From positions 1 to 48,005 of the forward strand of contig JBBDMR010000165.1 of the NCBI GenBank assembly GCA_040878225.1: a stretch of 48,005 bases of DNA. The letters are read 5' to 3'. A model generated the notes under the pieces. That model was not told where the DNA came from. It saw only the letters and a program-made list of their open reading frames with translations, and did not search any database. The translations under genes and the position numbers were made by a program. Source of the DNA: Acidimicrobiia bacterium. GTDB lineage: Bacteria > Actinomycetota > Acidimicrobiia > Spongiisociales > ZC4RG35. The stretch's first letter is position 1. Each line of letters starts with the position of its first letter. Positions 18,881-28,602 of the stretch are shown here, piece after piece.

Positions 18881-19786
18881 ATGGGATTCGATGTGGTCGT
18901 CATAGGTTCGGTCAACAACGACGTCACTGTCATGACCCCGCGTCTGCCCCGGCCGGGTGAGACCGTCATCGGTACCCGGCACTTCATCGGTCCTGGCGGA
19001 AAAGGGGCAAATCAGGCTGTGGCTGTTGCCCGACTGGGCGGCAAGGTCGCTTTGGTGGCCGTCGTGGGAGCTGACGAGTTGGGGGAGGCGATGCTAGCGG
19101 GGCTTGTCGCCGAAGGCGTCGACACCTCTGCTGTTGACATCGATCCGTCGGCATCCACCGGAATCGCAGTCATCACCGTGGACGCCGACGCTGAGAACAC
19201 GATCGTCGTCAGCCCGGGGGCAAACCGTCTTCTCACTCCCGATGTAATCGGCCGCCACGCCGCAGAAATCTCCAGCGCCCAGGTGGTCATCGCCCAACTC
19301 GAGGTGCCTGTTGATGCTGTGTTGGCGGCGGCGCAGGTCAGCACCGGCATCTTCTGCTTGAACCCGGCCCCCGCGCAGGCCCTTCCCTCGGAACTGCTCG
19401 AACGGGTAGACGTTCTCGTCCCCAACCGGTCGGAGCTTTCCGTGCTCGCCGGCAGGGACGACATTGTCCGGAACGCTGACGTTCCTGCTGCCGCCCGGGC
19501 CATCCGCCCGAACGGAACCACCGTGGTCACGCTGGGAAGCGATGGGACAATGCTCGTCAGTCAGGAGTCGGTCGAGCGGTACGAGGCATTCCCCGTCGAG
19601 GCGGTGGACCCGACCGGGGCGGGCGACGCCTTCTGTGGCGCCCTCGCCTACTCCTTGAGTCGGGGCAACGACATCGAGCATGCGGTTGCGTTTTCATCGG
19701 CGGCCGGAGCGCTCGCAGTGACCCGGCCAGGAGCCCAGGCAGGAATGCCATCGCTGGCCGAGGTTGAGGCCCTCCTCAGCCGTTGA
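18881..19786 (+). CDS. rbsK: Ribokinase
   Basis: Contains 'GGKGANQAVA' and the PfkB signature 'DPTGAGDAFCGAL'. Confidence 0.88.
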   Translation: MGFDVVVIGSVNNDVTVMTPRLPRPGETVIGTRHFIGPGGKGANQAVAVARLGGKVALVAVVGADELGEAMLAGLVAEGVDTSAVDIDPSASTGIAVITVDADAENTIVVSPGANRLLTPDVIGRHAAEISSAQVVIAQLEVPVDAVLAAAQVSTGIFCLNPAPAQALPSELLERVDVLVPNRSELSVLAGRDDIVRNADVPAAARAIRPNGTTVVTLGSDGTMLVSQESVERYEAFPVEAVDPTGAGDAFCGALAYSLSRGNDIEHAVAFSSAAGALAVTRPGAQAGMPSLAEVEALLSR

Positions 19787-19798
19787 TACTCTGCCGGA

Positions 19799-20734
19799 AT
19801 CGCCCGACCCATCATCATCGACACCGACCCCGGACAGGACGACGCCGTCGCCATCCTGGTCGCACTCGCGTCCCATGACGACCTCGAAGTCCTGGCGATA
19901 ACTGCGGTGGCGGGAAATGTCCCGCTGGACCTGACCGTCAAGAACAGCCTTGCCCTGGTTGAGTTGGCCGGGAGACAGGACGTGCCGGTGTATCGAGGAT
20001 CCGTTCGGCCGATGGTCCGTCAGCTGGTCACGGCCGAATATGTGCACGGGCCCACCGGGCTCGACGGCGCCGATCTCCCCGACCCCGTCATCGAGGAAGC
20101 TCCGGGCCACGCGGTGGACAAGATCATCGAGATAGTGGGAGCTTCGGAGCACCCGGTGACCCTTTGCACTCTCGGTCCCCTCACCAACGTCGGGCTTGCC
20201 CTGGTGCGAGAGCCAGGGATTGTCGACGGCATCGAGCAGATCGTCATGATGGGCGGCGGATTCTTCGAAGGTGGGAACACGACACCGGCCGCCGAGTTCA
20301 ACATCTACGTCGACCCGCACGCGGCGCACGTGGTCTTCAGCAGCGGCATACCCATTGTGATGATGCCCCTCGACGTCACCCACAAGGCCCTGACAACCCC
20401 GGATCGTCTGCAGAGATTCAAGGACATCGATACTGCGGCAGGGTCGGCTGTAGCGGGGATGCTCGGTTTCTACGATCGATGGGACGTGGCGAAATACGAC
20501 CTTCCCGGAGGCCCGCTTCACGATCCAACGGTGATCGCCTACCTCCTCGAACCAGGCCTGTTCTCCGGCAAGGAGACCTCGGTGGAGATCGACATCGCGC
20601 CGGGACCTACCCTGGGAATGACGGTCGTCGATTGGTGGGGGGTCACCGACCGGGAACCCAACGCGCTCGTGATGAATGAGGTCGACGCCGACGGGTTTTT
20701 CAATCTTCTGGTTGACCGCATTTCCCGGCTCTGA
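19799..20734 (+). CDS. Inosine/uridine-preferring nucleoside hydrolase; start codon unresolved
   Basis: The family N-terminal signature 'IIIDTDPGQDDAVAI' is encoded at 19811-19855. That is upstream of the first canonical start (GTG 19907) and in frame with the rbsK TGA stop. 19799 (ATC) is only a placeholder; the minimal canonical ORF is 19907-20734. Confidence 0.75.
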   Translation: MARPIIIDTDPGQDDAVAILVALASHDDLEVLAITAVAGNVPLDLTVKNSLALVELAGRQDVPVYRGSVRPMVRQLVTAEYVHGPTGLDGADLPDPVIEEAPGHAVDKIIEIVGASEHPVTLCTLGPLTNVGLALVREPGIVDGIEQIVMMGGGFFEGGNTTPAAEFNIYVDPHAAHVVFSSGIPIVMMPLDVTHKALTTPDRLQRFKDIDTAAGSAVAGMLGFYDRWDVAKYDLPGGPLHDPTVIAYLLEPGLFSGKETSVEIDIAPGPTLGMTVVDWWGVTDREPNALVMNEVDADGFFNLLVDRISRL

Positions 20735-20867
20735 ACGACGAACGGCCGGTCCTGTCGCCCCACACGGTTGCCCCGATCTGAGGCGTAGAGCCGCTCGACC
20801 TACTAACCTGCGCAGCGGTCGGGTTGACCCCGCCCACACTTAAAAAACCAACGGAGGAATATTCAAC

Positions 20868-22019
20868 GTGAAACGTTATATGAGGCTCGTCGCGCTTATC
20901 GCGGTACTGGGCCTGGTGCTTGCCGCCTGTGGCGATGACGATGGTGGAGAAACCACCACCACCGCACCCGTCGAGGAAGAGACCACCACCACGGAGGCAA
21001 TGGAAGAGACCACAACCACTGAAGCGATGGTCGACGGCGAAGCCGTCGTCACCTGCCTGGTGACCGACCTTGCCGGAGTCGATGACCGCAGTTTCAACGC
21101 CGCGGCATGGCAGGGCGTGCTCGATGCGGTTGATTCAGGTGCGGCAGCCGCCGACCCGATTCTCCTCGAGTCAGACGACCAGGCCGACTACCAGCCGAAT
21201 ATCGACCAGTGCATCACCCAGGGTGCCCAGCACATCGTGACGGTCGGTTTCGAGTTGGGCGACGCAACGGCAACCAATGCTGCAGCCAACCCCGACGTCA
21301 ACTGGACGATCGTCGACTTCGCATACGACCCTGAGATCCCGAACGTCCGTGGACTGGTCTACCAGACCGACGAAGCCGCTTTCGCAGCCGGCTATCTCGC
21401 TGCTGGCGTGACCGAGACCGGTGTTGTCGGGACCTACGGTGGGTTGAACATCCCGCCGGTGTCGATCTTCATGGATGGATTCGCCAAGGGTGTCGCCCAC
21501 TACAACGAGGTCAAGGGCACGGACGTGCGTGTGATCGGTTGGAATGTCGACGACGTAGACGGGACCTTCACCGGTACATTCGACCCCGCCAACCCGACTG
21601 TCCGCTCCACGTGTGAGAGCATCCTCGACGAGGGCGCCGACATCATGCTGCCCGTTGGTGGTGCGATCAACCTGCCTTGTGGCACGGCGATCCAGGACCG
21701 CGGAATCGATGCAGCACTCATCGGTGTTGACCAGGACGCTTTCCTGGCCGCCCCCGCCGAGTACCAGGATCTGTGGCTGACCACGATCGAGAAGGGCATC
21801 GCTATCCAGGTGCAGCGCTCGATCGAGGACCAGGCAACTGGCAGCTGGACCCCCGGAGTGGCCAACGGAACCCTCGAGAATGAGGGTGTCAGCCTGTCCG
21901 AGTACCACTCGTGGTCCGACCGAGTCCCGGCAGAGCTTGCTGCTGAAGTTGATCAGATCCTCGCCGATATCGCTTCGGGAGACCTCGACTTCCCCAGGTA
22001 TGCACCCGCACCCGAGTAG
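20868..22019 (+). CDS. BMP-family (PnrA/NupN-like) nucleoside-binding lipoprotein of an ABC importer
   Basis: Lipobox 'LVLAAC', a Thr/Glu-rich linker with duplicated 'EETTTTEAM', and a BMP-type periplasmic binding fold. GGAGG precedes the GTG start. Confidence 0.85.
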   Translation: MKRYMRLVALIAVLGLVLAACGDDDGGETTTTAPVEEETTTTEAMEETTTTEAMVDGEAVVTCLVTDLAGVDDRSFNAAAWQGVLDAVDSGAAAADPILLESDDQADYQPNIDQCITQGAQHIVTVGFELGDATATNAAANPDVNWTIVDFAYDPEIPNVRGLVYQTDEAAFAAGYLAAGVTETGVVGTYGGLNIPPVSIFMDGFAKGVAHYNEVKGTDVRVIGWNVDDVDGTFTGTFDPANPTVRSTCESILDEGADIMLPVGGAINLPCGTAIQDRGIDAALIGVDQDAFLAAPAEYQDLWLTTIEKGIAIQVQRSIEDQATGSWTPGVANGTLENEGVSLSEYHSWSDRVPAELAAEVDQILADIASGDLDFPRYAPAPE

Positions 22020-22034
22020 TCGATAGGCAATATC

Positions 22035-22080
22035 AGAACGCACCGGAGCCCCAGCCCACGCTGGGGCTCCGGTGCGTTCT
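22035..22080 (+). terminator. Perfect 21-bp stem / 4-nt loop between the binding-protein gene and the ABC ATPase gene (partial terminator or mRNA-stabilising hairpin)
   Basis: 'agaacgcaccggagccccagc-ccac-gctggggctccggtgcgttct'. No T-tract follows. Confidence 0.7.
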
Positions 22081-22118
22081 AAGGTATCGTGCGGCGGATC
22101 AGCTGAGAAGGAGACGGT

Positions 22119-23621
22119 TTGGCACTTGTTCTGGAAGGAATCACCAAGCGATTCCCTGGTGTCATTGCCAATGACGACGTTTCCCTATCCGTCGCTCCGG
22201 GTGAGGTGGTTGCCCTGCTCGGTGAGAACGGAGCCGGTAAGAGCACGCTGATGAACATCCTCTACGGCCTCTACTCGGCGGACGAGGGGAAGATCACCAT
22301 CGACGGCCAGGAAATGACGTTTGACTCCTCGGCCGACGCCATCGCCGCCGGAATCGGGATGGTCCACCAGCACTTCATGCTCGTCCCCGTCTTCACAGTG
22401 ACCGAGAACGTGGTCCTGGGCCAGGAGCCAACCAGGTTCGGGGGAATGATCGACCGCGAGACCGCCCGCGACACGGTGATGAATATCTCCGAGCGTTACA
22501 ACCTCAGAGTCGACCCTGACGCGTTGATCGAGAACATCTCTGTGGGTGTCCAACAGAGAGTCGAGATCATCAAGGTCATGAACCGCGAGGCGCAGTTCGT
22601 CATCTTCGACGAGCCGACAGCCGTGCTGACTCCCCAAGAGGTCGAGGAGTTTTTCGGCATACTCGAGGGGTTGAAGGCTGATGGCAAGGGGATCGTGTTC
22701 ATCACCCACAAACTGGGTGAGGCGATCAGGGTTGCGGATCGGATAGTTGTGATGCGTGGCGGGAAGGTGGTAGGGGAGGCGCTTCCGGCGGACACCACAC
22801 AACAGGACCTTGCCAACATGATGGTCGGGCGGTCAGTCGATCTGACGGTGTCCAAAGCCACGGCCTCTCCAGGCGACCTGGTGCTGGAGGTCCGGGACCT
22901 GGTCGTCCTCGACAGCAGGAACGTGAAGGCAGTCGATGGCGTCAGCTTCGACGTTCGCGCCGGTGAGATCGTCGGAATCGCGGGTGTTCAGGGCAATGGC
23001 CAGACCGAGTTGATCGAGGGCATCACAGGGCTCCGCCCGGTGATGTCCGGGTCGGTGCGCATGGGACCCGCCGACATAACCGACGCCCTCCCTCGCGACC
23101 TCCATCAGCTGGGAGTCTCCCACATCCCCGAAGACCGCCAGGGGAGCGGCCTCGTCCTCGACTTCAGCGTTATGGAAAACCTGATTCTCGACTCCTACTA
23201 CGACCGGCCATTCTCGAGAGGTGTGGTCATGGAATGGGTTGCAACCCGCGAGACGGCCCAGGACCTGGTCACGCAGTACGACGTCCGAACCCCTGGCGTC
23301 GACGTCCCGGTCTCGACCCTCTCCGGGGGAAACCAGCAAAAGGTCATCGTCGCCCGCGAGTTCGCACGGGAGGTGGAGTTGGTGATTGCCGCCCAGCCCA
23401 CCCGCGGGATCGATGTCGGATCCATCGAATACATCCACAATCAGATTGTCGCAAAGCGCGATGCCGGGGCTGCTGTGCTCCTGGTGTCGTCCGAGCTAGA
23501 CGAGGTGAGGGCACTTGCCGATCGGATCATCGTGCTCTACCACGGACGGGTCGCAGGTGAGTTCGCCCCCGATGCCGAAGTTACGGACATTGGCCTGGCG
23601 ATGTTGGGATCGGCCCCGTGA
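22119..23621 (+). CDS. ABC transporter ATP-binding protein, duplicated ATPase (nucleoside/sugar type)
   Basis: 'GENGAGKST' Walker A and 'LSVGVQQRVEI', plus a second half with 'LSGGNQQK'. 500 aa. GAAGGAG lies upstream of the TTG start. Confidence 0.92.
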   Translation: MALVLEGITKRFPGVIANDDVSLSVAPGEVVALLGENGAGKSTLMNILYGLYSADEGKITIDGQEMTFDSSADAIAAGIGMVHQHFMLVPVFTVTENVVLGQEPTRFGGMIDRETARDTVMNISERYNLRVDPDALIENISVGVQQRVEIIKVMNREAQFVIFDEPTAVLTPQEVEEFFGILEGLKADGKGIVFITHKLGEAIRVADRIVVMRGGKVVGEALPADTTQQDLANMMVGRSVDLTVSKATASPGDLVLEVRDLVVLDSRNVKAVDGVSFDVRAGEIVGIAGVQGNGQTELIEGITGLRPVMSGSVRMGPADITDALPRDLHQLGVSHIPEDRQGSGLVLDFSVMENLILDSYYDRPFSRGVVMEWVATRETAQDLVTQYDVRTPGVDVPVSTLSGGNQQKVIVAREFAREVELVIAAQPTRGIDVGSIEYIHNQIVAKRDAGAAVLLVSSELDEVRALADRIIVLYHGRVAGEFAPDAEVTDIGLAMLGSAP

Positions 23622-24826
23622 CCGACACTCGCGCCCCGGAGAAGGAGCCGACGCCCCCGCAGCGCAGCCCGCTGATGGACAGGGCCACCGGAGTAGGCAC
23701 GTCGGTAGCCCGATCTCTGGTCCTTCCCACCCTGGCCATGGTGACCGCCTTGATTATCGGGGCGATCATCATCGCCCTTTCCGATATCGACATCCTGAGG
23801 CTTCTCTTCGAAGACCCCGGTGCTGCATTCGGCCAGATGGTGAACGAGGTGAGCCGGGCGTACCGGGCTCTCTTCCGGGGATCACTGGGCTCGATACGAG
23901 CCCTGTCGGAGAGCCTTTTCTCTGCCACTCCATTGCTTCTGGCGGGGCTCAGTGTCGCTCTCGGCTTCCGAGCCGGTCTGTTCAATATCGGGGCGCAGGG
24001 CCAGATGTTGATGGGAGGGCTGGCGGCAACCTACGTCGGGATCTACGTGAGCCTTCCGGGGATCATCCATATCCCCCTGACCCTGCTGGCCGGATTCGCC
24101 GGAGGGATGATCTGGGGTGGGCTGGCAGGGCTATTGAAGGCGCGGACGGGAGCCCACGAGGTGATCACCACGATCATGGGTAACTTCATTGCCATGTTCT
24201 TCATGCAATGGATCCTGACCACTCCTGGCCTCCAGGACCCGGGACGTAACAATCCGGTGTCCGCCGAGCTTGCTGCAACAGCCCGTCTGCCCCGCCTCTT
24301 CGGGGCCGATTACAGGGTGACGATCGGCCTCCTGATCGCGATTGCCCTCGTGTTCGCGGTCCACTGGCTCCTCTATCGCTCCTCTATCGGCTTCGAGTTC
24401 CGGGCTGTTGGCTCCAATCCGAAGGCGGGTCGTTATGCAGGCATGAACGTTGCGCTCGTGGTGACATTGGCAATGGCCCTGGCCGGTGGCCTCGCCGGAA
24501 TGGCCGGTGCCAACCAGGTGATGGGCCTCGAGCCGTACAAGGCGACGCCGGCGCTTGCCGGTGCGGTGGGATTCGACGCCATCACCGTTGCCCTCCTCGG
24601 GAGATCGAATCCGGTGGGAGTCCTCTGGGCCGCTTTGCTGTTTGGTGCGCTTACCGCGGGGGGCCGGGAGATGCAGGGGGCGGCCCAGGTACCGATCGAT
24701 CTCGTGGTCGTGCTCCAGGCTCTCATCGTGATCTTCGTTGCTGCACCGGGCATGATACGGGCCATCTATCGGGTCAAGGGCGCCGATGAGAAGCCGACCC
24801 AACTAACCACGGGGTGGGGATCGTGA
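23618..24826 (+). CDS. ABC transporter permease (NupP/RnsC-like)
   Basis: Polytopic membrane protein whose start overlaps the ATPase stop. Confidence 0.85.
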   Translation: MTDTRAPEKEPTPPQRSPLMDRATGVGTSVARSLVLPTLAMVTALIIGAIIIALSDIDILRLLFEDPGAAFGQMVNEVSRAYRALFRGSLGSIRALSESLFSATPLLLAGLSVALGFRAGLFNIGAQGQMLMGGLAATYVGIYVSLPGIIHIPLTLLAGFAGGMIWGGLAGLLKARTGAHEVITTIMGNFIAMFFMQWILTTPGLQDPGRNNPVSAELAATARLPRLFGADYRVTIGLLIAIALVFAVHWLLYRSSIGFEFRAVGSNPKAGRYAGMNVALVVTLAMALAGGLAGMAGANQVMGLEPYKATPALAGAVGFDAITVALLGRSNPVGVLWAALLFGALTAGGREMQGAAQVPIDLVVVLQALIVIFVAAPGMIRAIYRVKGADEKPTQLTTGWGS

Positions 24827-26106
24827 CAGTCATGGACAAGGTGGAGACCACCACACCGGAAGTGGTGCTGCGGACCAGCGTCGAGGAGCGGAGGGCGACG
24901 ATCATCGGGATCGTCCTCATGGCCCTCGCCGCGGTCGTCATGGGGGTCTTCGCATTTGGCGTTCCTCCGGACGCCTCGTCTACTTTCAACCTCAGCCTGC
25001 CTACCGATGCCATCCAGGGCGTGGCGTGGACTTTCAACTCCCGCATCTTCTCCGCCGTGGCCGGAGTCCTCATCTTTGCTCTCGGTGCCAACAGCCTCCG
25101 CCGCCGGAACCTGGAACGGACCAATCTCGCTCTCGGAATAGGACTGCTCCTATTCGTGCTGGCTTTGCTGGCATGGGCAGCAGCCGATAGCGCGTTCAGC
25201 CTGGTGGGCATGCTCCGCTCAACGGTCATTTCTTCGATCGTGATCACCCTCGGTGCTCTCACCGGCCTCACCTGTGAGCGCGTCGGAGTCATCAACATCG
25301 GGATCGAGGGCCAGCTTCTCACGGGTGCTTTTGTGGCTGTGATCCTGTCCAGTGCCTTCGGCACGTGGGCCGGGGTGGCCGGTGCCATGGTGGCTGGTGC
25401 TTTGCTCGGAGCTCTGCTTTCCTGGCTGGCGATCAGGTTCAGCGTCGACCAGATCATTGCCGGAGTAGTGATCAACATCCTCGCGGTCGGCCTCACTTCT
25501 TTCCTGGCGACCCGTGTGCTGGCCGAAGCCCAAGACCTCAATGCTCCCGCCCGGGTCCTGTCGACCAGGATCCCGATCCTCGCAGACATCCCGGTGATCG
25601 GACCGATGTTCTTCGATCACACGTTTTTCGTCTACGTGACTTTCATCCTCGTGGTTGCCCTGCATATCGGGTTCTTCAGGACCCGGTGGGGTCTACGCGC
25701 CAGGTCCGTCGGGGAGCACCCGAAGGCCGCCGACACGCTTGGCATCGACGTCCTCAGGGTGCGGTACCAAAACGTGATTGGTGCCGGGCTCATCGCAGGG
25801 TTTGGAGGGGCGTTCCTGGCTCTGGCCCAAATTTCCCGGTTCGAGGAGAACATGACCGGTGGGATCGGGTTCATCGGCCTCGCCGCGATGATATTCGGGA
25901 GATGGCTGCCCTTTGGCGCCCTCGCCGCAGGCCTGGTCTTCGGGTTCTCCGGTGCGCTGGCCCAGAAGGTCGGGATCCTCGGGACGGGCATACCCTCAGA
26001 GTTCATGCTCATGCTGCCCTACGTCGCCACAGTCATCGTGGTTGCCGGGCTCGTCGGCCATGCCCGGGCGCCGGCCGCCGACGGACAGCCGTATATCAAG
26101 CAATAG
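24814..26106 (+). CDS. ABC transporter permease (NupQ/RnsD-like)
   Basis: Polytopic membrane protein overlapping the previous permease gene. Confidence 0.85.
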   Translation: MGIVTVMDKVETTTPEVVLRTSVEERRATIIGIVLMALAAVVMGVFAFGVPPDASSTFNLSLPTDAIQGVAWTFNSRIFSAVAGVLIFALGANSLRRRNLERTNLALGIGLLLFVLALLAWAAADSAFSLVGMLRSTVISSIVITLGALTGLTCERVGVINIGIEGQLLTGAFVAVILSSAFGTWAGVAGAMVAGALLGALLSWLAIRFSVDQIIAGVVINILAVGLTSFLATRVLAEAQDLNAPARVLSTRIPILADIPVIGPMFFDHTFFVYVTFILVVALHIGFFRTRWGLRARSVGEHPKAADTLGIDVLRVRYQNVIGAGLIAGFGGAFLALAQISRFEENMTGGIGFIGLAAMIFGRWLPFGALAAGLVFGFSGALAQKVGILGTGIPSEFMLMLPYVATVIVVAGLVGHARAPAADGQPYIKQ

Positions 26107-26129
26107 CGGCGCCAAGGGGCGACCGCGCC

Positions 26130-27104
26130 CTATGGAGCAGTCGTTGAGGTGGTTGCCGTGGTGTTGGTGGCGGCGGCCTGGGGGCGGCCGATGATGGTGA
26201 TCTCGTCGATTGCCATCTCTTTGAACACGTTGCCTTCGGTGACTGACGCCACCCACGCACTGGTTATTTCGAACTCGATCCAGTTGGCGCCGACAGCGGC
26301 ATGGGGGAACACCTGCTCACCCGGAACATCCTCCAACTCGTGGGCGACGTCGGAGATGGCATCGGAGGCGGCGATGACGAGGCCCCGCGGCCTGTAGTTC
26401 TGCTGGAAGCGGACCGAGTCGGTGAGATTCCTCCAAATTATCTGCTGAACAATCATGGGCTGGTCGAACGTGAGCCGGATCGTGATGATTCCGCCTTCGG
26501 CCTGCAGTTCCTCCCAGTTGACCTGGTAGGAGTCCTCGGTCCCGGAGGTCAGGTTGGCGCAGACGAACGATGAGATGCCTTCGACGGAGCATGACTCGCT
26601 GATAACGGGGATCGGCCCATTCTCTTCCACGGTTGGTGCGGTGGTCGAGGTTGCGGCAACGGTTGTCGACGTCGGGGTGTCATCGCCGCCGAGCACGTTG
26701 AAGGCCAGGGCCACGATCACCACACCGAAGAGGAGCCCGCTTATGGCCAGCGCGGCACGGACACCGGCAGTGGCCTGGACGGCAGGGCGCGGGGCGGTAG
26801 GGAGAGGGGCCTGGCTGAGTCGGGCGCCACATTCCTCGCAGTGACGGTTCGACGACGGGTTGGCGGCTCCGCAGGACGGGCACTGGATCGAGTTGCCGGG
26901 CCCGTGGGTGCCTCGCTCGGGGCGTCGCTTTGGCTCCTCCGGAGGCTCGCGGAGCTGGAAAGTCTCAAAGCCGCTGGAGCTAACCGAAATGATGTTGCCG
27001 TGGCTCTCAGGGGTGAGGGGGTCCATGAAGGCACCACAATTGGGGCAGAACTGCTCGTCTGCAGCGACGCTCGCGTCGCACTGTCTACATCTGCGTACCG
27101 CCAC
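26130..27104 (-). CDS. Double zinc-ribbon / single-TM protein with extracytoplasmic beta-rich domain
   Basis: Two zinc ribbons, 'CRQCDASVAADEQFCPNCG' and 'CPSCGAANPSSNRHCEECG', then a TM segment 'ALAISGLLFGVVIVALAF', a Thr-rich linker and a ~170-aa C-terminal domain of unknown family. Confidence 0.65.
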   Translation of the reverse strand: MAVRRCRQCDASVAADEQFCPNCGAFMDPLTPESHGNIISVSSSGFETFQLREPPEEPKRRPERGTHGPGNSIQCPSCGAANPSSNRHCEECGARLSQAPLPTAPRPAVQATAGVRAALAISGLLFGVVIVALAFNVLGGDDTPTSTTVAATSTTAPTVEENGPIPVISESCSVEGISSFVCANLTSGTEDSYQVNWEELQAEGGIITIRLTFDQPMIVQQIIWRNLTDSVRFQQNYRPRGLVIAASDAISDVAHELEDVPGEQVFPHAAVGANWIEFEITSAWVASVTEGNVFKEMAIDEITIIGRPQAAATNTTATTSTTAP

Positions 27105-27276
27105 AACCCTCCTTCGCAGTTATTGTGCCACGGACATGCTTGTGTTCGCCATCAGGACTTACGAACCGTGGACCTGGTCGTCGGCCCTCGGGGGCATGGC
27201 ACTACTCCTGGCAGGAGCGGCAGTCTTGATTGTTACCAACAAACTGCGTAATCGTTAAACGAGAACATTCCAAACT

Positions 27277-28566
27277 ATGGCTTTCCGATGCGACTCTTGT
27301 GGACACGGCTCCCCGAAATGGATGGGGTTCTGCCCACAGTGTGGCGTTGACCGTCCCCTAACCGAGGAATCTTCTGTGGTGCGGCGCAATCAGACCGTTG
27401 CCACCGCGGTCGGGCTCGACGAGGCGAGGGACACCATCGGAGAGCGATTCCACACCGGCTGGGGTGAGATCGACCGTGTCCTCGGCGGCGGTCTCGTTGC
27501 CGGTTCGGTGATCCTCGTTGGTGGCGAGCCCGGGGTGGGCAAATCGACACTGCTGCTTCAGGTTGCAGGTTTTGTGTCCGGCAAAGGCGGTTCGGTGCTC
27601 ATCGCCAGTGCCGAGGAGTCGGCGCACCAGGTGGCGATGAGGGCGAAGCGTCTCGGGATCGAAGGTGACTCGATCCAGCTGGTCTCCGACGACGACACCG
27701 ATGCAATTGCAGCCCTCGCCGAGAAGACGAGGCCCGATCTCCTCGTGATCGATTCGATTCAGACCGTCGGGGTGCGCGAACTTTCGGGAGCCCCGGGGGG
27801 CGTGGCCCAGGTGCGGGAGTCCGCGGCCCGACTGGTTCGTCTGGCCAAGGAGTCGAGCATCCCGGTCGTGCTGGTTGGTCACGTGACCAAAGACGGCGGT
27901 ATCGCCGGGCCCAAGCTCCTCGAGCACATGGTCGACGTCGTCCTCTATCTCGAAGGCGACCCCGACCGGGGTTTTCGTGTCCTCCGCTCGCTGAAGAACC
28001 GTTTCGGTCCTACCCATGTCTCCGGAATGTTCGATATGCAGAACGAGGGTCTGGTAGAGGTAGACGATCCGTCCAAGGTGTTCCTGTCCGGGTGGGAATC
28101 CGAGGTGTCGGGCACGGTGGTCTACCCGGCGGTCGAAGGGCGACGGGCCGTACTTGTGGAGATCCAGGCACTGGTGACGGAGACCAACCAGGTGCAGCCC
28201 CGCCGCTCGATCCGCGGCCTGGATCCGACCAGGGTCAACCAGGTGATCGCCGTGCTCGACAGGCACACCGGGCTCAAGCTCTACCAACACGAGGTGTACG
28301 TCAACGTGGTCGGCGGTTGGAGGATCAACGACCCCGGATGTGACCTTGCGGTGGCGCTGGCAATCGCTTCCTCCCGGGTCGATCGACCCCTGGGGCGGGT
28401 GGCTGCATACGGCGAAGTCGGCCTCGCCGGTGAGGTGCGCGGGATCCCGTTTGAATCGCGGCGGGTCGAAGAGCTGGACCGGATGGGTGTGACCCGGCGC
28501 ATCTCACCCGGTGCGGGAGAGCCGATCCGGCTCAGAGACGCTCTCAGCAGCGGTGGCCTGATCTGA
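27277..28566 (+). CDS. radA: DNA repair protein RadA/Sms
   Basis: Zinc finger 'CDSCGHGSPKWMGFCPQCG', Walker A 'GGEPGVGKST', 'LKNRFGP' and a Lon-like C-terminal domain. Confidence 0.93.
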   Translation: MAFRCDSCGHGSPKWMGFCPQCGVDRPLTEESSVVRRNQTVATAVGLDEARDTIGERFHTGWGEIDRVLGGGLVAGSVILVGGEPGVGKSTLLLQVAGFVSGKGGSVLIASAEESAHQVAMRAKRLGIEGDSIQLVSDDDTDAIAALAEKTRPDLLVIDSIQTVGVRELSGAPGGVAQVRESAARLVRLAKESSIPVVLVGHVTKDGGIAGPKLLEHMVDVVLYLEGDPDRGFRVLRSLKNRFGPTHVSGMFDMQNEGLVEVDDPSKVFLSGWESEVSGTVVYPAVEGRRAVLVEIQALVTETNQVQPRRSIRGLDPTRVNQVIAVLDRHTGLKLYQHEVYVNVVGGWRINDPGCDLAVALAIASSRVDRPLGRVAAYGEVGLAGEVRGIPFESRRVEELDRMGVTRRISPGAGEPIRLRDALSSGGLI

Positions 28567-28602
28567 ATGACCGATGCGATGCTCAGGTGATAGCCTGAGC
28601 CC

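Noticed and set aside
19694-20839. 381-aa ORF on the - strand
   Set aside because: It is entirely antisense to the well-supported nucleoside hydrolase gene. The Arg/Gly/Pro-rich translation is typical of shadow ORFs in high-GC DNA, and it has no motifs.
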